Positions 25,310 to 37,011 of a DNA stretch of 64,000 nucleotides are shown here, one piece after another. This stretch comes from Leptogorgia sarmentosa (Eukaryota), in NCBI GenBank assembly GCA_964658305.1, contig OZ210885.1, forward strand, positions 18,042,001 through 18,106,000, in the 5' to 3' direction. The notes under the pieces were generated by a model. The model made no database searches. It worked only from the letters and a program-made list of their open reading frames with translations, and was not told the DNA's origin. Position 1 is the stretch's first letter. Each line of letters starts with the position of its first letter. Position numbers and translations under genes: made by a program.

Positions 25310-27445
25310 ATGAGTAGAATTCGAAATCTTGACTGGCAAGAAGATGAGGAGCTGCGTGAGGATTTGAAACGGTATGTTCTGCAAAACTTACAGAGAAAAG
25401 AAGTACTCGACTTTGTTCAAAGGGATTACCCTCAGTACACATGGAGTTTACCTACTTTGAGTCGCCGAATGAGTCACTTTGGAATTAAGTATGTAGACTA
25501 TACTATTTCGCCAGAGGAAGTCAGAGATGCCTTTAGAGAAGAGAATGCTGGGCCTGGGCAGCTCCTGGGATATCGTTCAATGCAAAGAAAGATACGAGAA
25601 GAGCATAATCTTGCTGTGCCTCGCGGATTGGTTTATGATGTGATGACAGATGAGGATCCAGGAAGTTTAAGGCGCCGACAAAATATTGGACGGTCAAAGA
25701 AAAGAAGGGGTTCAACTGGTACGTTCACTTCATTGGTAAGTTAAAATAAGTTTGTTAAAAGTTAGACAAACTAATATGTTCATGAAACTTTTTGTGCATA
25801 TAAACATTTTATTATGATTGTATTATTTTGCAGTGCAAAACTTCACCCACAGCAGGTGTATTCTTTGAACTATGATATGTATTGTAGGGGTCAAACCATA
25901 CACACTCTGGTGATGGGCATGATAAACTGATGGGTTTTTTGAGGGATACATTCCCATTAGCTGCTTACGGTTTGCAAGATGTCTTTAGTGGAAAAGTTCT
26001 TTATTTGAAGTTATGGACCTCGAACTCAAACCCAAAACTGATTGGGAGGTGGTATTTGGAACACTTGAGCAAGGCCAAAGGTGATAAAAAAATAATGATT
26101 AATAATTGACAGTATTCATGCCATAATTACTTTGTCCCCATTTAGGTTTATGTTAAATGGCAAAGTAGTACTGTATACGTTCTGTCAGATGCAACATTTA
26201 TCATGATGTGGAGAACGTCTACAAGTGATTGTTCTTTAACTACATTGTGTATATCATTCCACATTCATTTGTGGAATACATTCCTGTGTATTTACATGTA
26301 GTGATAAGCAGTCGGTTAAGGCTTGAAAAAGGTACGGAAACTGGAGATATGGCAACAATCCATGCTTTTCTCAGGAATGATTATGGTGATGTTAATAATG
26401 CTGAAGATACCATACAATATGGTCCATCAACATCTAACAAAGTACTGTGCAGTAAAATGTTTTAAATATATTATTCCATTATATACAGCCATTATGTTCA
26501 CTTGGTAGCATTTAATTTGAAGTAAGACAATATATTATCCTGTAAAGATACAAATTCCCCTCTCCATAAATATATTTTAATTTTTTTTCTGAACTGGTAT
26601 AGATTGAAAGGTGGTGGAGGGAACTCCATCAGCGCTTGGAAAAATTTTTTAAGCAGCACTTATCCAATTTATTACTACGTGGTTACTATGACCCCAATGA
26701 CAGTCATGAAAGGTATTTTTACTGGTGTACTGCTCTATTAGAAAATAGTATCATACTATAAAACCTTGTTCAGTAACCCTTTTGTGTAACCCTTTGGTCA
26801 ATCTTGCAGAAACCTTTTGGCTTTTGTATTTATCCCAGTTATCCAACGGGAAATGGACCTTTTCATTGAAACAGTTTGGAATTCTCATCGAGTCAGGAAG
26901 CAAAAGGATGCTCAATTACCGAAAGGCATCCCTAACCATGTGTACTGCTTTCCTGAAAAATATGGTGCTGAACAGTGTGGTATGTATAGGTTTCATGTGC
27001 TTGCATCTACATAAGCCCACTAGCTAACAATAAAAGTGACGTAACCACTTTATAAGGAGGGTTATGGGAAGAGACAAGGCAAATTATAAAATGTTTGTAC
27101 TTGTATTAGACAACACCAAATAGGAAATAACCTAAATTTAGTACTTTCACTTTACAAGTCCACTCCCCAGCTATAATTAATTTAAAGGATTTATAACCTC
27201 ATTAACTAGGTTGGCCTGTCTCACTTAAAGCACTCAATGAAATCAGAGAGCTATCTGGAGTGATGGCAGTTGGAGATGATTTTTTATCAGCTGAAGTGCG
27301 AGCAGAATGTGAGCGTATCATTCCAGCAGTCGAGGATGTAAAACCAGAAGATGCAGCAGAAACATATTTATTCCTAAGAGCAAATTATGGTGTTCACTTG
27401 TCATTAACAGATGATGAAATGTTAAATAGTGTACTTGCTCAGTAA
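25310..27445 (+). CDS. IS3EU integrase-like DDE transposase, six exons
   Basis: The spliced frame gives GPGQLLGYRSM, GSNHTHSGDGHDKLMG, LQDVFSGKVLYL, RLEKGTETG, STSNK/IERWWRELH and WNSHRVR. All introns are GT-AG, and I saw no stops in the joined frame. Confidence 0.85.
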
Positions 27446-27537
27446 TTAAGCTAACAATTTAACAGGAACAATAACAGTAACAATACTATAGTGACAGAGC
27501 ATTTTATAGCAACTGCATCTAACACAAATTAGATTGT

Positions 27538-28939
27538 TCAAATTGAGTTTTCTAGCTCTTTGCTTTTGTCCTGTTCAAGTTTCAGCATTTGACAGTACTT
27601 GTTGCACTCATGTTCACAAAGGAAATTTTCTATGCCAGTTGTGGATTGGTTTCCACAACAAAAATACAGCTCATCATCATATCTGTCAGCATCATTTTCT
27701 GTTGCATGGCAGAATAGGAGTAGTGAACAAGGCACTGGGCTTTGGCATAAATTTCTTTAGTTTCACTGCTGCTGCTTTCAGGTGGTGCAACACATTTTCC
27801 ATTATTGTTCACATATTTTGCAAACTTTCCTGGTACAAAATCCTCCACAGTGATTTGTTTGCCTTCAATGCTGGAATAATGCACTTTGTTGTACTTAAAA
27901 CATTCACCAAACTCGGGTGGCACTTTCAATGCAAAGCCTTTGGTAATGTGCCTAGCAACAGCGTGCATTTGGACTTGTTTTCGAGTGTGGACCTCTGTGG
28001 CAGTGTGTAAGGTTTCTTCAATTGTTTGCAGGGCTTTCTTGTTGTACATTTTAACGACATACATTTTCCGCTCCTCGCCAGCTCCTGCAAACCCCTTGAA
28101 TGCATTCCTGAAGGCACCCGATGAAAATTTTTCTCTTTCCAGCAAAAGTTCCAATTTTGCTTCATGTATCCATTCTCCAGTTTTTACATCAAATGACTCC
28201 AGGTCTAGGGTTACTCTATCTTTTTGTTGTGCCTTCACAAGCTTTCCAGCCATCAGGAGTTGCTCAATTGACACAGATTCTGGAAACTGTGTTTCTACTT
28301 CAGCTGGTTCTGGTGAGCTCTTTCTCTTCTGTCTTTGAGAACAAACAATTGCTTCACTTTCAGAATAATAACCTGACAAATCCCTCTCAGCATCTTGTGT
28401 GCCAAGGACAAATTTTACAAGGTATACCTAGCATGTAAAATAACAATTAATATTAATATATTAATTAAATAACATAATAATTTCGTCTTTATATTATAAT
28501 GTAAAATAGGGGATGAATAATGCAACAGCGATCTCTTGGATGCAATAATCAAAAAATCAGTCAAAGAAAGTCCTATGGAGCCAGCTTAAGATACTTGCCT
28601 TATCTTTTCGATGGGGTATTTGCAAAATATTTGTACATGACGGTCCTTTGTTTGAGACCAATACGTCGCATGCTGATGCAGGCAGGTTAAAATGATGGCC
28701 ACATGCTTTTTTAAGGTTAGCTAATGTGAGCTCATCATACTCAAATGGCACAAACTCTCTTGGTTGGACAGGTCGATACGTCTGCTATTATCAGGCTCAG
28801 ACAACAGCTTTTGTACCACAATTTCTTGCAGTTGTGGTGAAACTGACGATTTACCTCGATTCATTCCGTCTGTTTTTGTTCATTTAACGCATACTTTTGC
28901 ATGCAGGTCATTCCAGATCCTCTGTCTCTTAGGTGGCAT
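27538..28939 (-). pseudogene. Alpha-kinase cargo gene of the IS3EU element, copy 2
   Basis: FSSGAFRNAF, YVVKMY, VEDFVPGKFAKYVNNNG, AQCLVHYSY and GN...HECNKYC zinc site. GC-AG intron at 28428-28598. Exon 1 has an early stop and a frameshift, and the QG...DP catalytic segment is deleted near 27680. Confidence 0.85.
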
Positions 28940-31900
28940 GTTAAACGTAAGTATTCTATTTTTCAACTATTATAAGCAAAGGTTATTCAACCGTGAAAAC
29001 AATATGAAATGTTGTCAAACAGTGACAAACTTCCTCCGAGGCTCTCTCTGACTTCCATGTGCTTTCAAAGCAGGCAAATACTTCATGTAAGCCTTAGTTG
29101 TCTAAAGAGCGGGAACCGAGTGCATTATGGTCTATGATAACGCTGGGCTACTTTTTGAAACATTTTATTTTCAGTTTAAAAATGAAAATTACATTTTTGT
29201 TCAAATCTTCTTCTAAATGTTTTTCATTATAATTATTTCTAAAATGTTTTTCCTTTACTTTTTAAATTTATTTTTAATTTAAGTTGCATTAACTTTTTTT
29301 AAAGTATTTTTATCTGGTTTTTAATCCATTTTTTTCAATATATATTTTTTAAAAGTATTTTTACTGCATGTTTTGTTCAAATCACTATGATAACAATGGG
29401 CCACCATACTCTAGTCAATACAAAAGAAAATATGAAAACTCCTCAATCAAAGATTTAAAAAAAACATTAAAAAAAATTAAAATTAGAAAACGGAGATGTT
29501 TTGGAGATCAAATTCGTGGCGAAGAAACTGCGCTGCCTTCTTAACAAATCTACTAGTACCGAACTACATAACAACAACAATCACGAGAATACACAAATCG
29601 ATCTAAATAGTCTAATTAACAAAAACTTCTGGGGTTATATTAAAAGATTTTTCCAAAAGAATACCAGCTCACTTCCATCATTCAATCTGGCACAATGCAC
29701 ATCATATTTTACTAAAACACTATCCACAATCAGCCCGAATAAATCATTCAGTATTCCAAGTTGGATTCCTAAATTTGCTTCTCCTGAGATGCCTTTTAAT
29801 CTTGACCCCCCGACCTACCAAGAGATTACAAACGTCATACGAAAGATGAAACCGTCTGGCTCACCGTGTCCACTTGACCAAATGTCTATAATCTGTTTCA
29901 AACGCTGCCCGTATTTACGCTCCTACTTAAAAGAAATAATCCATGCAGCCTGGTCTTGCGGCGCTGTACCATCCGAATGGAAAAAAGCATGCACGATTCT
30001 AATACATAAGAAAGGAGAAACAAAGGACCCTGCCAACTTTCGGGCAATCACACTCGAATCCGTTCCACTCAAAGTTTTCACATCCTGCCTTCGCAACAGA
30101 GCATTTCAGTTTCTTGCAGAAAACAAATACATAGAACAAAACATACAAAAAGGTTTCACTCCAAATCTCTTGGGAACAATAGAACACACAGCTGAGATGG
30201 CACATATAATTAATAAAGCGCGGACAAAACAACGATCACTCATTATAACACTATTGGATCTCAAGAATGCATTCGGTGAAGTCGAATACTTCCTTCATTA
30301 GAGTCGGACGTGGGGTCCTCCAAGGCGATTGCCTCAGTCCTCTTTTGTACAATATGTCTTTCAATACCTTTATCCAACACATTAAATCGGAGAAATACCA
30401 TCAACTTGGATTCTGGAAATATAACGAAAACGGCACCCCATTGAACCCTATCCATTGGTTCCAGTTTGCAGACGACGCGGCTGTTATTACTGGGCAGGAA
30501 AAAGAAAATCGGTTACTGCTCAATCGTTTTACAGTCTGGTGTCAGTGGTCTAAGATGATAATATGTGTAGACAAATGCTTAACATTTGGTATCAAGAAAA
30601 ACCTAACAAAGTCCATCCAATTTCTCCCAAAACTGCTCATAAGCAACTGTCTTATACCACATGTTGAAATTGGTAAATCTTTTCGCTATTTAGGTCGCCA
30701 TTTTGACTTCAACATGTCCGATGAAGAGCACAAATTTGAAGTATGTGACGCACTCACAAACCTTCTGAATAAAATTGACCAACTACCACTACATCCAAAA
30801 AACAAAATACTTTTATATACACAAAGGACGTTTTAAGTATGGTCAGAAAACAACACGAAGACAAACTGCAACACCACCTTATTTCACAAGGCTCATTCTT
30901 CTCCAATATAATTAACTATTCTACGCTCTCATTCAACTCAACATGGTCCTCCGTGCAAAGAAAACTTCCCAAGAATATATTCAATTTCACTATTCGTTAC
31001 ATAAATAACACTCTTCCGACTCTGAATGCTCATTCTGTCTAGAACCAGAATCGCTCCTCCACGTCATTGCTGGATGCAAGACATACCTAAATGAAGGTCG
31101 TTTCATGTGGCGACATGATTCTGTCCTTAACCTTATTGCATCCTCACTTAAACCCGTACATGAATGTATCCTTTACGCTGACCTTCCTGCTTTCATCAGT
31201 CCATCTGTCATCACCGGAGATCAATTGCGTCCTGATCTTCTTATAACACTCGAGAATAAGTGCATGTATATACCGGAACTCACTATTGGTTTTGAATCTA
31301 ACCTTCTCATTAATGCTACTTGGAAAAGACAAAAATATCAAGAACTAATTAACGATCAGCTTAATAATTTTGAAAACGTTAAATTTGTTAATTTATCTAT
31401 CAGTTCCTTAGGAGTTTTCAGTCAACCATCTTTTAATTTTATTGAAATGCTGAAAGATCTGAAATTTGATGAGCAATATAGAAAGTACCTTGTGAAGAAA
31501 ATTATTAACATTTGTATCAGATCGTCCTACTATATATTCTGTAAGCGTAACAAAGAATGGGACAACCCACAACTAATGTCCTATTAATTTACTTCATGTA
31601 TATTTAACAATTATACCATGAGCTCGAGTCGTATATGAGCTGATAGCCAACGAGGCGCAGCCGAGTTGGCTATCAGCCATATACGACGAGAGCTAATAAA
31701 AGTTTCCATTATTATTATTATTATTATTATTAAAAACTGGAGGAAAATTATTTAAGTATCGTCCAAGTCTCAATTTCTGGCCCATGCGATTGCAATTTTG
31801 AAATTGGGCCATTCCATTTAATAGCTGCACCCCCCTATTGAGGTATCCTGCCTTATCCCCTTTAGACAAATGTGTTTTGTATGCCCCCTTGGACATGGAT

Positions 31901-32116
31901 TTAACTCTCCCCTTTGGACATTTCCATTATCCCCATCTGGATATCCAAGTACCTCAATATGGGAGAACAGCAGATTCTGTTTCGTCATTGGTCTTGGTCA
32001 CTACGGAGTCGTATGACATCATATGAGAAAGCATGTGAACCGGAAGATCAGTTGTGCAAGACCCTTGCATGGTCAGTGACATAGCAAATTAACATAAATT
32101 TCACAAAATCTGCATT

Positions 32117-34380
32117 ATGGATGAGGAGAAAACCTCACAAGATCAAGACATTACTTCTGAGGGACAAGAAGAAGAATTACTAGAAGGAGATGACAACGTA
32201 AATGTCGAAAATGATGTTGGACATCACCGCCTCATGGCCATGATGATCACAATGAAGGATAACATGACTTCGGTTCTCAGTCGTCTTTCACGGGTAGAAG
32301 CTTATGATGTAGAATGCAAGCCTATGGGCGATACTGGTGTTCTTTCTGAAGCAGAAATAGCACTCTCTGATTCAGAGCGATTAACTGACGGCACAACAGA
32401 TGGCGAAGCGCCGTTTCAAACACCTCAGCAGCTGAGAATGAAATTCTGAGCGAAATCGCACAGGATTACGCTGAAGGAGCACAAACCAGCGACGATGTTA
32501 GCCAGAAGCTGGCAGAAATTGTGAACCAACGTTGATCATCAAAGCTGAAAGAGTCTAAATTAAAGGACAAAATAGCTAAATACAATCGGCCAAATAACTG
32601 TGAGAAGCTCACAGTGCCGTGGGTAAATCCTGAAATTTGGTCAACACTCGGTCATACGACTCAAGGTTCCGACCTAAATTAGTCAATTATCAGAAAACGC
32701 TTGTTTCAGTTGGGGTTGCTCTAACCCAATCAACTGAGGCACTGCTGTCTATTCGAGCAAAACAATCAAGTTGAACAGACGTTAAACTTAAACAACAGCT
32801 TGGCGAGCTTGTAACGTACAATACGGACGCCTTGGCAATGCTTGGTCATATTCATATGGAATTAGTGACCCGTTGGCACGAAGTGATCAAGCCAAATTTA
32901 AATAAGGAATATTTTTCCTTATGTTCGCCACAAACACCGGTTACAGAACTATTGTTTGGCGATGATTTACAGGCTCGAATGGCTAGCATGAAGGCTGCTA
33001 ATAAAATCAGTCAGACGACCACAACCAGTGCGAAATTTCATACGAACACGCGGCACCCATTTGAAGGCGCCAAAAACCGCTCACATGAGAAATCTTTCAC
33101 ACAAAGCCGTCACAACAACAGTAAGCCTTTTTCATGGCAAAGCCGGGGCAACAATTATCGCCCCTACACTCAACACAAATCGAAGTTCCTGGCCAGCCAA
33201 GAAAAAGACCAATCAATGACTGAGCAAACAACATTTCCAAATATTTCGCAGGTAAACGCTTCAACTCTTAATACACTTGTAACATATTTTAACAGTAACG
33301 TTTCCTGCTTTAAAGCAGGTAGGCTCTCTCTATTTTACGACAGATGGGTGTCTTTGACCTCAGACGCTGAGGTTTTAGGCATGGTATCGGGCCAAAGGCT
33401 CGAATTTACGCATCAACCTTTTCAGTTGCATTTGCCCAGGGTAAATGCATTTGCATTCAGTTGCATTCGCCCAGGTAAACGCTTCAACTGTTAATACACT
33501 TTTAACATATTTTAACAGTCAAGTTTCCTGCTTTAAAGCAGGTAGGCTCACTCTATTTTACGACAGATGGGCGTCTTTGACCTCAGATGCTGATGTTTTA
33601 GGCATGGTATCGGGCCAAAGGCTCTAATTTACGCATCAACCTTTTCAGTTGCATTTGCCCAGAGATAAGTCAACTGATTCCTGCTGGAATTATGATCAAG
33701 CACACACCTGTGAGATTGAAATACAAAACCTGCTTCAGAAAGGGGCGATTGTTCGTTGTAACCATGAGAAGGGAGAATCTCCCATCTTTACAACCTCAAA
33801 AAAGGATGGTTCATCGAGGATGATTTTAAACCTTAGAAGTTTAAATCGGTTTATAGAATATCGCCATTTAAAAATGGAATCATTCTCTACTATTGTCAAC
33901 ATGGTAAAACCCAACTGTTATATGGCTTCCATAGATTTAAAAGATGCCTATTATTCAGTCCCAATAGCAACAGAGCATCAAAAGTATTTAAAATTTTCTT
34001 GGGAAGGACAACTATATAAGTTTGTCTGCTTCCCAAATGACCTAGCATTTTGCCCCAGGAAATTCACTAAGCTGCTTAAACCGGTTAATTCACACCTGAG
34101 GCAGCTGGGGCACATCTCGGTTAGGCATATTGATGACTCCTACTTACAGGGTGATGATTATGAGGACTGTGCCACAAATGTTTTAGACACAACAAGGCTA
34201 CTGGATGCTCTAGGGTTTATTATACACCCGATAAATTATCCTTTATACCAAGTCAAGAAATAACTATTCTTGGGTTTAGAATTAATTCCGTGCTAATGAA
34301 GGTTTTCCAGACTATGGAGAAGATAGCCAAGATTAAGGCTGCATGTTCAGAACTGCTAAATACCTCTTCTCCAAGTAAAG
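32117..34380 (+). mobile_element. DIRS-type retrotransposon fragment (gag-like ORF1 and RT), decayed
   Basis: PNNCEKLTVP.VNPEIW and ELLFGDDL (gag-like); RMILNLRSLN, ASIDLKDAYYSVPI and HIDD (RT). Tandem duplication of about 220 bp at 33250-33663. Confidence 0.8.
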
Positions 34381-35587
34381 TGAAGAAAGCATAAGCGCTT
34401 CATTGTTCAAATAAATGTAGCTATATTCGTAAAAGCCTAACTTTGAGCTATAACATGTTTATTTACGTACAAAAATGACTGAATTATAACCAAATCAAAT
34501 TTGGAACGAGTTTTGGTAAATGTAAAAACAGTGCTAACTATGGATCCAAGGATAGTGCAAAGTTTCTAAGGCCCGTTTCATACGTCGAATTTTGGTTGCA
34601 TCGAATGCAATTCAAACAATGGATAATGAAGTTAGTCATCTCATTATTCATTGTTTGAATTCGGGCCTGAGAAGACATTAAAATCATATTTTGAAAATAA
34701 TCACTATTTTATTGTCTGAAAGCAACTGGCAGTCGCAGCAGCGCGCGTGTTAAAAGCAAATCAGATAAATTTCTGACCTCTGACCTTTTTAAAATACATA
34801 CACATCGTACTGATACTTCTGCGTCGTAATAAAATATCCAGTTTATTCACAGTATCAGGCCAACGTTAAATTTACTTTTGTATGCCTGTATATGGTTTAG
34901 TTCTTTTAGTATCGAAAATTCTGTAAATCCCCAGTAGAAACAAACAACCGCGAGGCCGGAAGACGGGAAGAGTCTAAGACGGTGAAAACAAACACAAAAG
35001 CTATAGATGCGAAAGCTCGCAAATATGTTGGCTATGACAACCATATTAACTAAATACGATACAAAATTATGGCAATCTTGTTATGAGGAGTTCTACTGTG
35101 CTACACATCTGAGTTTGCCCGCTATTTGCGAATTGCAATGGCAATGTCGGCCAACTAAATGTTTTAGTATAATACACACGGCGGCAGTTAACAGTAGCTA
35201 TTTTAAATTGTGCATGACTAGCCAAATACAAGTTTTCTACTAATAATGATAATAAATTCAAATCTCTAGATTCATTGCTGATATATAAAGAACATTTTAT
35301 ATCAGTCAACTACGGAGTTTCGCATATCAGGAGAATTTGGGACGCTCCCCCCGGAGTTTACACTATGAATGAATTGCTGAATAGCTGAATCGCTGATGTG
35401 AATTTTCGCCCCTCATCACAATACTGCAAAGTTAAACTTTGCACTAAAAATGGTCTATTTTAGATTGTTTTAGAGCTGTCGGATGTACAATACAGTTTTG
35501 AACAGAACAATTTGAACAAAAAAAACTGAGAGAAAAACTATGAAACAAAGTATCTTGCATGGTTACAAGGTTTCAAGCAATTTAGCG

Positions 35588-36656
35588 TTACTGCGCTTCC
35601 TTAGTGTCCGATGTGCTTCTCCATGTTAGTCGCGATATTTCTGTTGTTGTAGGGATGTTAGCTTCAACGGTTAGAAGAATTTCTTGCAGTTTGTCATCTG
35701 TAATTTCATCCAAACGAATGATGTTGCTGTGGCTTTTGCTTTGATGTATGTCGAGCAGTGCTTCCAATATATGAGGTTTCATCAACAAAGATATCTTTTG
35801 TCCATTTTCTTTGATAAAGAAAACGTTGACTAGGCCACACGAACTGCATTTAATTGTCCGGGAGACAGTATGCTCAACCATGAAGTTGGCGCATTTCTAG
35901 CAGGATAGGCATCTGTGCGTTGCCAAAATCCCTTCCGGGTGGGGGGGGGGGGGCATGAGACGGTGAATTCTTTATAGGTATTGCCGAAATGATCATCAGG
36001 ATTTGCAATCATTTGGCTAAATTTGGAAATCTTGGTTTCCCTGTTTACTGTAATGTAAGGTTGGTTGTCAAATTCTCGCACAACTGATTTTTCCAACTCA
36101 TATGTTTGCCTTGACTGAACTTTCTGGATATCATTTTCCCACAGAACTAAACGTATTGAGCTGGTTTCGTCAGTAAGTATGGTTTCTTGTTTCTTTATAC
36201 TTTTGCCTCTGACATCTACGTGTTCTATTCATCCCTTGAAAGGTTAGTCAACCAAGAACAGTAATTGCTGTTCCTGGCTTAACTTTCTTTGCATCGCTCA
36301 CAGTGGTTGTTGTTGTGGAATCAGGTTGTTTTGTGGTAATATCAAATGTAATTTCATGGTCAAATGGATCATCAAGCTTCATTCGCTTGTTTACGATGAT
36401 TTCTTCTTCATTTGTTCGATGGTTAGTTTTAAGTTGAAATTTACTAAGTTTCACTGGCAATGAGGCTTTGAAGCTCCTTTTGAACAGTTCTTACTGTTTG
36501 ACTGTCCGTTTGCATTTTCATGTCAAAATATGGATTATTATGTTGACTTTGCTTAACAGGTGATAGTTGATGAATATAACCAATGATACGTATGGCTATA
36601 GGAATAAAAGAAAAGTCAAATTTACAAAACCTATGTTTTTTAGCAATGAATGTCAT
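35588..36656 (-). pseudogene. RPA-like multi-OB-fold ssDNA-binding protein, frameshifted
   Basis: GYIHQLSPVK...YFDMKMQT, LTDETSSIRLVLWEN and VREFDNQPYIT, plus CxxC pairs. Confidence 0.55.
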
Positions 36657-37011
36657 ATGTCCACGATCAGAAATATTAATGGCGGTTGCATATATGAGCG
36701 GTTTTTCGAACTTGAAAAAGCTGCATGTACGGCCAATTGCAAATGGAAGAGTTACTAGGGGAAAACTCGTTGGTTGTCAAGGTAGAACTTCTTGAACAAA
36801 TAAGACAGTTGTTTGTTCGCGAATATTATATACCAATAAAATCGTAGATAAAATCAGCAATGTTTTTGAATGACGATCGGTTTACAGTGTGAAACACCCC
36901 TGAGGGTGAGGGTTATGAGTACACTATTCTCAGCGGTCACTCCCACGCCTATATAAGGAGATTCGAACAGTCAGTAAGCTCAGTCTGTTGAAGTAACGTC
37001 GTAGCGTCGGC

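Larger units (their letters stand above)
24910..29408. mobile_element. Full-length IS3EU-type DNA transposon (4.5 kb)
   Basis: TIRs of about 343 bp at 24910-25252 and 29064-29408 with TAT...ATA termini. The 6-bp TSD CTCTAG is at 24904-24909 and 29409-29414. Two convergent genes lie inside. Confidence 0.9.
24830..31587 (+). mobile_element. Non-LTR retrotransposon with RT and C-terminal restriction-like endonuclease (HERO/NeSL-like), decayed and split by IS3EU
   Basis: NFRAITL, QKGF, LDLKNAFG, GVLQGDCLSPLL, FADD; WRHDSVL...RPDLLI...ELT. The frame ...YVDNNSS/SQYKRKYEN... is restored when the IS3EU and one TSD are removed. Confidence 0.85.

Noticed and set aside
34569..34668. Tiny aggcccg...cgggcct element
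   Set aside because: The TIR is too short and the element looks internally deleted; it cannot be classified.
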